Below are positions 34,146 through 43,616 of a stretch of 64,000 nt of DNA, piece by piece. Numbering within the stretch: position 1 is the first letter of the stretch; every line of letters begins with the position of its first letter. The notes beneath the pieces are model-generated. The model was not told the origin of the DNA, made no database searches, and was given only the letters and a program-made list of their open reading frames with translations. The position numbers were made by a program, and so were the translations under genes. This DNA comes from an uncultured bacterium (GTDB lineage: Bacteria > CAZDME01 > JAYEMH01), in the NCBI GenBank assembly GCA_964506075.1, contig CAZDKO010000003.1, positions 1,510 to 65,509 on the forward strand, given 5' to 3'.

Positions 34146-35144
34146 ATGAAAGCGAGTTCAAAATTACTTAAGAATACGGTTAAAAGATTTGCCGAAGCTA
34201 AGATTCTGGTTCTGGGAGACGTAATGATGGATGAATTTATCTGGGGAAAAGTTTCCCGTATTTCACCGGAGGCGCCGGTTCCGGTAGTAAATATTACTTC
34301 TGAATCAATGACACTTGGCGGTGCGGCTAACGTGGTGGCTAATCTTAATAGTTTGGGCGGGACGGTCTATTTAGCCGGGGTAATCGGCCAGGATAGAGCC
34401 GGTGAAATTTTTAAAGCCGAACTAAAAAAAAGAAAGATAAGCGCTGAAGGATTGGTTGTTGATAAAAATAGAAGAACCACTCTTAAAAGCCGGGTTATCG
34501 CTCATAGTCAACAGGTAGTCCGAATGGACCGGGAGAATAAAGAAAATATCAAAGGAAAAACCCGGGAAAAGCTGGTCAATTACGTTAAAAATTTAATTCC
34601 CAGAATAGACGCTTTGATTATCTCGGATTACGGTAAAGGATTAATCACCAAAAATTTATTGGATGAGTTACTGCCGATACTTAAAAAAGCCCAGAAATAT
34701 ATTACCGTTGACCCTAAACTTAACAACTTTTTTAATTACCGCCAGGTAACCTTAATTACCCCCAATCAGCCGGAAGTAGAAAGGGCTCTGGGAATAGAAA
34801 TTAAAAATGAGACCGACCTTTTTAATGCCGGGCGGGAAATCCTGAAGAAACTGGAGTGTCAAAGCCTTTTGATAACCCGGGGGGAAGAGGGGATGACTCT
34901 TTTTGAACCCGATCGTAAGCCGGTAAATATCCCTACGGTGGCCAGGGAAGTTTATGACGTCACCGGCGCCGGCGATACGGTTATCAGCACTCTTACACTG
35001 GCGTTGGTAGCCGGCGTAAGTAAGGAAGAAGCCGCTCACCTGGCCAATATGGCAGCGGGGATAGTGGTTGGTGAAGTAGGAACGGCAACTTTGACACAGA
35101 AAGAGCTTCTGGAAAAAATTGATTTGGAGTTTTCTCAAAAATGA
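34146..35144 (+). CDS. hldA: D-glycero-beta-D-manno-heptose-7-phosphate kinase (RfaE/HldE domain I only)
   Basis: ILVLGDVMMDEFIWGKVSRISPEAPVPVV and VYDVTGAGDTVIS (PfkB ribokinase fold). At 332 aa it lacks the adenylyltransferase domain. Confidence 0.85.
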   Translation: MKASSKLLKNTVKRFAEAKILVLGDVMMDEFIWGKVSRISPEAPVPVVNITSESMTLGGAANVVANLNSLGGTVYLAGVIGQDRAGEIFKAELKKRKISAEGLVVDKNRRTTLKSRVIAHSQQVVRMDRENKENIKGKTREKLVNYVKNLIPRIDALIISDYGKGLITKNLLDELLPILKKAQKYITVDPKLNNFFNYRQVTLITPNQPEVERALGIEIKNETDLFNAGREILKKLECQSLLITRGEEGMTLFEPDRKPVNIPTVAREVYDVTGAGDTVISTLTLALVAGVSKEEAAHLANMAAGIVVGEVGTATLTQKELLEKIDLEFSQK

Positions 35145-35863
35145 AAATTATCGGTGTGATTCCGGCCAGATTTGGGTCAGAACGTTTGCCGGGAAAACCT
35201 CTGATGGATATCGGGGGCAAACCTTTGATTCAGCGCGTTTATGAAGAAGCCAGCAGGGTAAAAAAAATAGAAAAAATTCTGGTGGCTACGGATGATGAAA
35301 GAATTTTAAACCGGGTTTCCGAATTTGGAGGAGAGGCAATATTAACTTCCCCTGAATGTGCCAGCGGTTCCGACCGGGTGGCGGAGGTAGTCAGAAAAAT
35401 TAACTGCGATATAGTCGTTAACATTCAAGGAGACGAATTGTTTTTCGAGCCCGGGATGGTGGAGGAAATAATTGACGCTTTAATCAAGGATAGGAATGTT
35501 CGGGTAAGTACCGCCTGCGTCAGAATAAAAAATCCGGAGGAAATCCAGAATAAAAATACGGTAAAAGTGGTTTTTGATAAAAACAATTTTGCCTTATATT
35601 TTTCACGCACCTCCATCCCTTTTTTTCGCGGCGGAGAAGGGCAATATTTTAAACATATGGGATTTTACGCTTTCCGCAAAAGTTTTCTTCTGGATTTTAC
35701 CGGCTGGGGGGAAACGTTTTTGGAAAAGGCGGAAAAATTAGAGCAGCTCCGGATATTAGAAAATGGCTATCGAATAAAAATCATAGAATCACCCTTTGAC
35801 AGTTTAGGGATAGACACCGTAGAAGATTTGGAAAAAGCCAGGCTAAGGGTAAAAGGTAGTTAA
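35141..35863 (+). CDS. kdsB: 3-deoxy-manno-octulosonate cytidylyltransferase KdsB
   Basis: IIGVIPARFGSERLPGKPL, ATDDERI and VNIQGDE. It has a 4-nt overlap with the upstream gene. Confidence 0.92.
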   Translation: MKIIGVIPARFGSERLPGKPLMDIGGKPLIQRVYEEASRVKKIEKILVATDDERILNRVSEFGGEAILTSPECASGSDRVAEVVRKINCDIVVNIQGDELFFEPGMVEEIIDALIKDRNVRVSTACVRIKNPEEIQNKNTVKVVFDKNNFALYFSRTSIPFFRGGEGQYFKHMGFYAFRKSFLLDFTGWGETFLEKAEKLEQLRILENGYRIKIIESPFDSLGIDTVEDLEKARLRVKGS

Positions 35864-35865
35864 AT

Positions 35866-37389
35866 ATGGTTAAAAAAATTGGCTTTGATAACGATAAATA
35901 TTTAGAGGACCAGAGTAAGGCAATTTTAGAACGGGTGAAAAAATTCGACCGCAAGCTTTATCTTGAATTCGGCGGTAAACTCTGTTTTGATTATCACGCG
36001 GCGCGGGTTCTCCCGGGGTATGACCCGGCGGTTAAAATGAAACTCCTTAAGCGTTTAAAAGATAAAATTGATATTATTTTTTGCGTTTACGCCAGAGACG
36101 TGGAGAAAGGAAGAATCAGGGGAGACTTTGGCATGACTTACGATGTGGCGACCTTAAAGGCTATTGATGACCTTATGGATTGGGATTTGAGCGTCTCGGC
36201 GGTGGTAATTACGCGGTTTAAAGAAGAACCGGCGGCTATTAAATTGATTAATAAACTCAATAAAAAAAATATAACGGTTTATACCCATAAGGAAATAGAG
36301 GGCTATCCGGGCAATATCGAGCAAATTATCAGCGAAGAAGGATACGGCAGAAATTCATATATAGAAACAGAAAATCCTATTGTGGTGGTCACTGCTCCCG
36401 GACCGGGAAGCGGTAAATTAGCCACCTGTCTTTCCCAGCTTTACCATGACCACAAGAAAAGAATTAATTCCGGATACGCCAAATTTGAAACTTTTCCCAT
36501 TTGGAACCTGCCTTTAAAACACCCGGTTAATATTGCTTATGAAGCGGCTACGGCTGATATAAATGATTTTAATCTAACCGACCCTTTTCATCTGGCCGCG
36601 TATAAGGAAAAAACGATTAATTATAACCGGGATATAGAAGCCTTTCCCATTTTAAAAAATATTCTTAATAAAATTATCGGCCGTAATTCTGAAGTTACCG
36701 TTTATAATTCTCCCACCGATATGGGAGTAAATCAGGCCGGATTCGCTATTACCGATGAAGAAGTAGTCAAGGAAGCGGCCAGACAGGAAATCATCAGGCG
36801 TTATTTCCGGTATAATTGGGAATTTGTGATGGGGATTGAAAGAGAGGAAACAATAGAAAGGACCAAAAAATTTATGGAAGAGGTCGGGGTCAAGCCTGAA
36901 GACCGTTCAACGGTTCTACCGGCCAGAGAAGCAGCCAGAGAAGCGGAGGAAAAAAAGAAAAGCGCCAACGGGCTTTATTGCGGAGCGGCGATAGAATTGC
37001 CTGACGGAAAAATCGTCATCGGTAAGAATTCCTCTTTGCTGCACGCTACTTCAGCGGCTGTTTTAAACGCGGTTAAGATTCTGGCTAAAATACCGGATAC
37101 AATGCATCTTTTGCCTTCTACGGTTATAAAAAACCTGGCTAATCTTAAAAAAGATATTCTGGAGATGAAATCGGAAAGTCTGGATCTGGAGGAAACCCTG
37201 GTCGCCTTATCTATTAGCGCCACCGCTAATCCGGCAGCCGAAGAAACGCTTGGTAGGCTCAAAGAACTACGGGGTTGCGAACTTCATATGACTCATATCC
37301 CTCCGGCCGGAGACGAAGAAGGATTAAGAAAGTTAGGTATCAACGCGACTACGGACGCTATTCCGGCTTCAAGATATTTTTTGAGGTAG
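35866..37389 (+). CDS. UPF0371 / DUF1846-family protein (function unknown)
   Basis: IGFDNDKYLEDQSKAILERVKKFDRKLYLEFGGKLCFDYHAARVLPGYDP matches the characteristic UPF0371 N-terminus as I recall it. It is about 507 aa, as in that family. Confidence 0.8.
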   Translation: MVKKIGFDNDKYLEDQSKAILERVKKFDRKLYLEFGGKLCFDYHAARVLPGYDPAVKMKLLKRLKDKIDIIFCVYARDVEKGRIRGDFGMTYDVATLKAIDDLMDWDLSVSAVVITRFKEEPAAIKLINKLNKKNITVYTHKEIEGYPGNIEQIISEEGYGRNSYIETENPIVVVTAPGPGSGKLATCLSQLYHDHKKRINSGYAKFETFPIWNLPLKHPVNIAYEAATADINDFNLTDPFHLAAYKEKTINYNRDIEAFPILKNILNKIIGRNSEVTVYNSPTDMGVNQAGFAITDEEVVKEAARQEIIRRYFRYNWEFVMGIEREETIERTKKFMEEVGVKPEDRSTVLPAREAAREAEEKKKSANGLYCGAAIELPDGKIVIGKNSSLLHATSAAVLNAVKILAKIPDTMHLLPSTVIKNLANLKKDILEMKSESLDLEETLVALSISATANPAAEETLGRLKELRGCELHMTHIPPAGDEEGLRKLGINATTDAIPASRYFLR

Positions 37390-37395
37390 CAATTA

Positions 37396-38229
37396 ATGAT
37401 GAAAGAAGTTATAGTTGATAAAATAAAAATCGGCGGAGACAACCCTCTTGTTTTAATTGCCGGACCATGTGTTATTGAAGGTGAAATGGACTCGCTTAAA
37501 CACGCCGAAGCGATTGTCAAGATAACCCGGAAAATCGGCGTGCCTTATATTTATAAATCAAGTTACGATAAGGCTAACCGCCTTTCAATAAATTCTTTTC
37601 GCGGGCCGGGCTTAAAAAAAGGCTTAAAAATTTTAAAAAAGGTCAAAGATAAATTTAAAATTCCCGTTTTAAGCGATGTTCATAACCTGGAGGAAATAAA
37701 AGAGGCCAAAGAGGTACTGGATATAATACAGATTCCGGCTTTTTTATGTCGCCAGACAGATATTCTTCTGGAAGCCGCCCGGACGGGAAAGCCGGTTAAT
37801 ATCAAAAAAGGTCAGTTTTTAGCGCCGTGGGATATGGAATACCTGATAAAAAAAGTGGAATCCACCGGGAACAAAAATATTATTTTGACTGAACGGGGAA
37901 CCACCTTTGGTTATAATAATCTGGTCAGTGATTTCAGGTCTTTAATCATAATGAAAAATTTTGGTTACCCGGTAATATACGATGCCAGCCATTCAGTGCA
38001 GTTGCCGGGAGGGAAAGGGAGTACCAGCGGAGGAAACCGGGAATTCATTAAATCTTTTGCTTTAGCCGCTTCTTCGGTGGGTTGTAACGGTTTATTTATT
38101 GAAGTTCACAAAAATCCTGACAGGGCTTTATGCGATGGGCCTAATATGCTGGCTCTGTCTGAACTTTCAGGACTTCTTGAAAAAGCAAAGGAAATCAATA
38201 ATTTAGTCCATGATTATAAAAAGAGCTAA
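37396..38229 (+). CDS. kdsA: 2-dehydro-3-deoxyphosphooctonate aldolase (Kdo8P synthase) KdsA
   Basis: LVLIAGPCVIE, YKSSYDKANR, IQIPAFLCRQTD and YDASHSVQLPGG. Confidence 0.93.
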   Translation: MMKEVIVDKIKIGGDNPLVLIAGPCVIEGEMDSLKHAEAIVKITRKIGVPYIYKSSYDKANRLSINSFRGPGLKKGLKILKKVKDKFKIPVLSDVHNLEEIKEAKEVLDIIQIPAFLCRQTDILLEAARTGKPVNIKKGQFLAPWDMEYLIKKVESTGNKNIILTERGTTFGYNNLVSDFRSLIIMKNFGYPVIYDASHSVQLPGGKGSTSGGNREFIKSFALAASSVGCNGLFIEVHKNPDRALCDGPNMLALSELSGLLEKAKEINNLVHDYKKS

Positions 38230-39178
38230 AGAAATTCTAAAAATTGAAGCTGAGGCGGTGGAGAACTTAATCAGCCGGATTGACGAAGAATTTGAAAAAG
38301 CGATAGAGATTATTTTAAACTGTAAAGGTAAAGTAATTGTTTCGGGGATGGGAAAGTCGGGTTTAATCGGTAAAAAAATTGCGGCTACCTTGGCCAGTAC
38401 CGGGACACCGGCTGTTTTTCTTCATCCAGCCGAAGGGATTCACGGAGATTTGGGAATGATGGCCAAAGGAGATGTTATGATAGCCATTTCTCATAGCGGA
38501 GAAACAAAAGAAATTGCTCTCCTGCTTCCAGCCGTTAAAAGATTCGATATTAAACTGATTGCTCTAACCGGCAAGATAGATTCTGTGTTGTCCCAGGAAA
38601 GTGACGTTGTTCTTGATGTGAGTGTGTCTAAGGAAGCCTGCCCTTTTAATTTGGCTCCGACTTCCAGTACCACGGCGGCTCTGGCGATGGGAGACGCTTT
38701 AGCCATCACATTGCTTGAGAAAAGAGGGCTTAAGGAAGAAGATTTTGCTTTCCGTCATCCCGGCGGCAGTTTAGGGAAAAAATTACTCAAGGTTTCAGAT
38801 TTAATGCATCAAGGTGCGGAGATTCCGGTCGTATATGAAAGTACTTCCCTGCGCGATGCGATCAGTGAGATATCGCGTAAACGATTAGGATTGACGGCTG
38901 TAGTTAATAAAAGCAATGTTTTATTCGGGGTTATTACCGACGGCGACTTAAGAAGATTTTTAGAAAAATCATTTGAGTCTTCCATGAATTTGGAGAAATT
39001 AAAAGCTAAAGATATAATGACTAAGAACCCCAAAACCATAAAAAAAGAAGAGTTAGCCGAACGAGCTTTAAAGATAATGGAAGATAATTCTATTACTTCG
39101 CTGATAATCCTGGATAAAGATAAGAGACCGGAAGGGATTGTCCATATGCACGATTTAATGCGGGCGGGGGTTGTCTAA
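38210..39178 (+). CDS. kdsD: Arabinose-5-phosphate isomerase KdsD (SIS + tandem CBS)
   Basis: GKVIVSGMGKSGLIGKKIAATLASTGTPA, ISHSGET and C-terminal CBS pairs. It overlaps kdsA by 20 nt. Confidence 0.92.
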   Translation: MIIKRAKEILKIEAEAVENLISRIDEEFEKAIEIILNCKGKVIVSGMGKSGLIGKKIAATLASTGTPAVFLHPAEGIHGDLGMMAKGDVMIAISHSGETKEIALLLPAVKRFDIKLIALTGKIDSVLSQESDVVLDVSVSKEACPFNLAPTSSTTAALAMGDALAITLLEKRGLKEEDFAFRHPGGSLGKKLLKVSDLMHQGAEIPVVYESTSLRDAISEISRKRLGLTAVVNKSNVLFGVITDGDLRRFLEKSFESSMNLEKLKAKDIMTKNPKTIKKEELAERALKIMEDNSITSLIILDKDKRPEGIVHMHDLMRAGVV

Positions 39179-39182
39179 ATAG

Positions 39183-39722
39183 ATGAAAAATAAGAAAAAT
39201 GAATTAATAAAAAGAGCCAGGAAAATAAAATTAATAATGATGGATGTCGACGGCGTATTAACGGATGGTAGAATTATTTTTTCTTCCAGAGGTGAAGAGC
39301 TTAAATGTTTTAACGCCCAGGATGGTTGCGGTATGGTTCTGGCTCATCGGGCCGGTCTTAAAACGGCTTTTATCACCGGGCGAAATTCTTTAATTTTAAA
39401 GCGGCGAGCTAAAGAGCACAGTGTGAACGAGATATTTCAAGATGTTAGTGATAAAATCGAAGTTTTTCATAAACTTTTGAAGAAATATAAATTAAATCCG
39501 GAAGAGATTGCTTTTTTGGGCGATGACCTTGTTGATATTAAAGTGATGAAAAGAAGTGGTTTAGCCGTGGCCGTAGCGGATGCCGTATTGGAAGTTAAAA
39601 AAATTGCTCATTATGTTACCCGGCGCAATGGAGGAAAGGGGGCAATCCGCGAGGTAATAGATCTGATAATCAAAGCCCAGGGTAAATGGGAAGAGGTAAC
39701 AAAATCCTATTATGAAATGTAA
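39183..39722 (+). CDS. kdsC: Kdo-8-phosphate phosphatase KdsC (HAD superfamily)
   Basis: IKLIMMDVDGVLTDGRI, GDDLVDI and a length of about 180 aa. It follows kdsD. Confidence 0.9.
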   Translation: MKNKKNELIKRARKIKLIMMDVDGVLTDGRIIFSSRGEELKCFNAQDGCGMVLAHRAGLKTAFITGRNSLILKRRAKEHSVNEIFQDVSDKIEVFHKLLKKYKLNPEEIAFLGDDLVDIKVMKRSGLAVAVADAVLEVKKIAHYVTRRNGGKGAIREVIDLIIKAQGKWEEVTKSYYEM

Positions 39723-40599
39723 ACCTTACCGAGAAATAATTTATTGGTTTTTACGATTTTTCTGTTTTGTTATATCGCTGTTGCCGCGAAGATTAGCTCT
39801 ATATACGGGTGAGACACTTGGTTTAATTTGTTTTTATATCTTATCCCGAGAAAAGCAGAAGGCTTTAAAAAACCTCGATTTAGTCTTTGGTGACAAAAAA
39901 TCGCTTGAAGAAAAAAGACGCATTATCAAACAACTTTTTAAGAATTTAGGTAAGAATGTTGCCGAGGTGATTAAGTTTCCCGCTACTGCTCGTAAAGGTA
40001 TTGATAAAACAGTTCAAATCCAGGGTGAAGAAAAAATAAAAGAAGTTTTAAAGAAAGGTAAGGGGGGGGTATTTCTTACCGCTCATTTTGGCAACTGGGA
40101 AGTTTTAGCCGGATATTTTGCCGCCAAAGGTTATCCCGTGAACGTTTTAGGTCAAAAATTATATTATGATAAAACAGATAATCTTTTAAATAATCTAAGA
40201 CTTAAAATGCGGGTTAATGTTATTTCCCGCCAGGATTCTTTAAGAGGAATTATTCGCAGCCTCAGAAATAATGAATTTGTCGGAATACTGTCTGACCAGA
40301 ATACCGGCACCAAAGGAGTTCTGGTAGATTTTTTAGGTAAAACCGCTTTTACTCCTACGGGAGTTGTTTCTATCGCCACTAAAACCGGGGCCTCTATTCT
40401 TCCTGGTTTTATTCGGTGGCAAAAAGGGAATCGTCATCTTATCGTCATTGAGAATCCCATTGAACTTTCTGTAAGTGATAATAAAGAAGAAGCGTTCTTG
40501 ATAAATACGGCTAAATGTAATAAAATTATAGGAACATATATCAATAATTACCCATCAGAATGGGTATGGTTCCATCAGCGCTGGAAGATTGATAATTAA
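39712..40599 (+). CDS. LpxL/LpxM-type lipid A late acyltransferase (stand-alone paralog)
   Basis: LTAHFGNWEVLA, GILSDQNTG and EWVWFHQRWK. It parallels the N-terminal half of the 16040-17989 product and overlaps kdsC by 11 nt. Confidence 0.82.
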   Translation: MKCKPYREIIYWFLRFFCFVISLLPRRLALYTGETLGLICFYILSREKQKALKNLDLVFGDKKSLEEKRRIIKQLFKNLGKNVAEVIKFPATARKGIDKTVQIQGEEKIKEVLKKGKGGVFLTAHFGNWEVLAGYFAAKGYPVNVLGQKLYYDKTDNLLNNLRLKMRVNVISRQDSLRGIIRSLRNNEFVGILSDQNTGTKGVLVDFLGKTAFTPTGVVSIATKTGASILPGFIRWQKGNRHLIVIENPIELSVSDNKEEAFLINTAKCNKIIGTYINNYPSEWVWFHQRWKIDN

Positions 40600-40735
40600 A
40601 AAAAATTCCAGAAAAAACAGAGCCCCATAATTGTAAAGAAACTTTATCTGCAGGAAGTATAGTAAAATATTAGACTCTAAGTAGAATAGAATTTTGTAAT
40701 TAGAGTAAGCAGTTTTAGCTGAAGGGGGAGGTAAT

Positions 40736-41119
40736 ATGGAAGAATATTATATGGGACAGGAAAGAAGGAAAGATGAAAGAATATCTTATCACGCTCCTTG
40801 TCGTTATGAAATCAGTTTGGATGAAAATTCTGCCATAATTATGGATACCGGCACTTCCTTTACAAAAAATATCAGTCTCGGCGGGTTACTGATAGAGTTA
40901 AGAAAACTTGTTCCGGTTGATAGCCATCTGGATTTAGAGGTTATTCTCCCAACCACTCCGGCTTCTATCCGGGCCCAGGCGCGGGTTGTCTGGATCAGTA
41001 AGCTTAAAGAAGATAGAAATCGTTATAATGTGGGGATGTGTTTTACCGGTATTTCTCCCGATGATAAAGAAAAAATCGCCTCTTTAAAGAAAAAAATAGA
41101 AGATATCGGAGAACTGTAA
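40736..41119 (+). CDS. PilZ-domain (c-di-GMP receptor) protein
   Basis: It has an RxxxR motif (QERRKDER) and a D/NxSxxG motif (KNISLGG) at the expected spacing. GGGGGAGG lies upstream of the ATG. Confidence 0.8.
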   Translation: MEEYYMGQERRKDERISYHAPCRYEISLDENSAIIMDTGTSFTKNISLGGLLIELRKLVPVDSHLDLEVILPTTPASIRAQARVVWISKLKEDRNRYNVGMCFTGISPDDKEKIASLKKKIEDIGEL

Positions 41120-41149
41120 AAGATTATTTTAAGAAAGGTTAGAGATTTA

Positions 41150-41722
41150 ATGAATTTTCAAGAAAAAGATATTGATTTGTCTTTGTTTGTTATTTCCAGT
41201 TTGACCGCATTTTTATTGGTTACTCTTCCCTTATTCGCCTCCAATTCAGAAACCAGCGAACCTGAACAACTTCAGGAAACAAAAGAATTCTTTCTTACCG
41301 AAACGGAAGAAGGACAAAAAAAATGGGATATTAAAGCCGCTTCAGCTGAATTTTCCAGTGAAGGGTTAGTGCGTTTAAAAGACGTTAAAATAAACCTCTA
41401 TGATAAAGAGAAGAAAGTTTTGGACGTTAAAGCTGATTCCGGTTATTTTAGTAATGTTGATAAAACAGTCCATCTGGAGGGAAATGTTATGGGGGCTACC
41501 GACCGCGGGGAGAATTTTAGTACCCAGAAGTTAGATTGGATTGCTTCTGAAAAAAAAATTATTACCAACGATAAAGTAAAAGTTACCAGTCAAAATTTAA
41601 TCATTAACGCTCAAGGAGTAGAAATTCTTCCTGAACTCAAAAAAATTATTTTTAAAAAGAATATTAAAGCAGAAGTTTATGGAGGGAATAAAACTTTTCC
41701 TCTTAAACTGGAGAGAGATTAA
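41150..41722 (+). CDS. lptC: LPS export system protein LptC
   Basis: A single N-terminal TM anchor and a beta-jellyroll-sized body of 190 aa. It sits immediately upstream of lptA-lptB. Confidence 0.65.
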   Translation: MNFQEKDIDLSLFVISSLTAFLLVTLPLFASNSETSEPEQLQETKEFFLTETEEGQKKWDIKAASAEFSSEGLVRLKDVKINLYDKEKKVLDVKADSGYFSNVDKTVHLEGNVMGATDRGENFSTQKLDWIASEKKIITNDKVKVTSQNLIINAQGVEILPELKKIIFKKNIKAEVYGGNKTFPLKLERD

Positions 41723-41723
41723 A

Positions 41724-42257
41724 ATGAATAAAAATAAAAATAAAAAATATGTTAAGGTTTTCTTAAGTGGTATTTTAATGTTCGTATTTTTTAGTGTGTA
41801 TTCTAAAATAGTTTTCGGTCAGACTAAGATGGTTACCGGACAGGAAAGTTCCCCCACCATAATTAACGCCGATAGTCTGGAAATTAATTTAGATCAAAAT
41901 AAAGCTGTTTTTCTTGGAAAAGTGAAAGCGTCTCAATCGGACGGTATCTTAGAATGTCGGGAATTACAGGTTATTTTTGATAAAAAAAATGAGCAGATTA
42001 GTAAACTTATAGCTAAAGGCGAAGTGAAGATTCGTCAGGGACAAAATGAAGGCGTATGTGAAGAAGCTGTTTATGAATTCACTCCTCAGCAAAAAGTTAC
42101 TCTTCGGGGCAATCCTGAATTAAGACGCGGTCAACAAAAATTTAGCGGTGAAATTATTGTTTTCCTGATTGAAGAACAGAGAGTCATTATAAAAAATAAA
42201 GTTGAAGGGGTAGTTTTTCCTCAAAAGGGAGAAAACCCTCTGGCTCCTATATTTTAA
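41724..42257 (+). CDS. lptA: LPS transport periplasmic protein LptA (OstA-like)
   Basis: I prefer the ATG at 41724, which follows the lptC stop. It has a signal peptide (FFSVYSKIVFGQ). INADSLEINLDQNKAVFLGKVK is an OstA N-terminal pattern. Confidence 0.78.
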   Translation: MNKNKNKKYVKVFLSGILMFVFFSVYSKIVFGQTKMVTGQESSPTIINADSLEINLDQNKAVFLGKVKASQSDGILECRELQVIFDKKNEQISKLIAKGEVKIRQGQNEGVCEEAVYEFTPQQKVTLRGNPELRRGQQKFSGEIIVFLIEEQRVIIKNKVEGVVFPQKGENPLAPIF

Positions 42258-42267
42258 GTGTAAATAC

Positions 42268-43065
42268 ATGGAACAATTAAATTTCGATCTTCCCAAAAGT
42301 TTCCCGGAACAGGAAAAGGAAATAAAAGACCCTTTGAGAAAACATCTCTTAAGAACAACAGGGCTGGTTAAGTCTTATGGTTCTATCCGGGTAGTGGATA
42401 AGGTGAGTATTGAGGTTAGTAAAGGAGAAGTAGTTGGCCTTTTAGGTCCTAACGGCGCCGGGAAAACGACAACTTTTTATATGATTGTAGGAGAAATTAA
42501 ACCCGATGAAGGAGAAATCTTCTTTGACCGTCAGGAAATCAGCCGGTTACCTATGTACGAAAGAGCCAGGAGAGGAATCGGCTATTTACCTCAGGAGCCG
42601 TCTGTATTTAGAAAATTAAGTGTGGAAGAAAATATTATGGGTATATTAGAAACTTTGAATTTAAGTTTAAGAGAAAGGGAAAGACGTTTAAAAGTACTGC
42701 TTGACGAATTAAAAATAGCTCATCTTGCCAAACAGCCGGCTTATACTCTTTCCGGAGGAGAACGAAGGAGACTTGAAATTACCCGGGCTTTAGTTACCTC
42801 ACCTTCATTTATTCTTTTGGATGAACCGTTTTCAGGAGTTGATCCGATTGCTGTTTCCGAACTTCAGCAGATTATTAATAGATTAAAAGAAAAGGGGCTG
42901 GGAGTTCTTCTCACCGACCACAATGTTCGTGAGACACTTTCCATTACCGATCGTTCTTACATAATGTATCAAGGCAGAGTTCTTATTTCTGGCAGTGCCC
43001 ATGAATTGGTGGAGAATAAGAAAGCGCGAGAAATTTATTTAGGAGAAAAATTCACCTTGTCTTAA
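42268..43065 (+). CDS. lptB: LPS export ABC transporter ATPase LptB
   Basis: Walker A GPNGAGKTTTF, LSGGERRRLEI, ILLDEPFSGVDP and HNVRETL. It follows lptA. Confidence 0.92.
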   Translation: MEQLNFDLPKSFPEQEKEIKDPLRKHLLRTTGLVKSYGSIRVVDKVSIEVSKGEVVGLLGPNGAGKTTTFYMIVGEIKPDEGEIFFDRQEISRLPMYERARRGIGYLPQEPSVFRKLSVEENIMGILETLNLSLRERERRLKVLLDELKIAHLAKQPAYTLSGGERRRLEITRALVTSPSFILLDEPFSGVDPIAVSELQQIINRLKEKGLGVLLTDHNVRETLSITDRSYIMYQGRVLISGSAHELVENKKAREIYLGEKFTLS

Positions 43066-43130
43066 GAACCGCAGAGTTACACTGTTAAACACTTAATATT
43101 AAAACCCTTTAAAATGAATGGAGATGATTT

Positions 43131-43604
43131 ATGAAAATAATGGATTTTTTAAGTGAAAAAGCGATAGAAGATAATCTGGTATCAAAAGATAAAAAAGAAG
43201 TTGTCTGGGAATTGGTTGAGCTTTTGATTAAAGCCAAAGAGATTAAGGCAAAAGATAAAGAAAAAGTAGTTAAGACACTCCTGGAAAGAGAATCTCTGGG
43301 GAGTACCGGAATAGGACAGGGTATTGCCATCCCTCATGGGAAGACTGATGCGGTCAGGCATATTATCGCTGCTTTTGGCCGGTCTATGCAGGGAATAGAT
43401 TATGCTTCTTTAGACCGGGCCCCGGTACATTTATTTTTTCTGATTCTCGCTCCGGCAGATTCGGTTGGAGACCATCTGAAAGCCTTAGCCAGAATTTCCC
43501 GTCTTTTAAAAGATAAAAATTTCCGCCGGGCTTTACAGGAAGCTAAGGACGCGGGAGAGTTAATAAATATTATTAAACGAGAGGATAAGCGTTATCCGGC
43601 TTAA
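43131..43604 (+). CDS. ptsN: PTS EIIA(Ntr)-type regulatory protein PtsN
   Basis: The fructose/mannitol-type EIIA domain has GIGQGIAIPHGK, which carries the phospho-His. It sits downstream of lptB, as in proteobacterial lptB-(rpoN)-ptsN loci. Confidence 0.85.
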   Translation: MKIMDFLSEKAIEDNLVSKDKKEVVWELVELLIKAKEIKAKDKEKVVKTLLERESLGSTGIGQGIAIPHGKTDAVRHIIAAFGRSMQGIDYASLDRAPVHLFFLILAPADSVGDHLKALARISRLLKDKNFRRALQEAKDAGELINIIKREDKRYPA

Positions 43605-43616
43605 TTTTAAGGAGAA

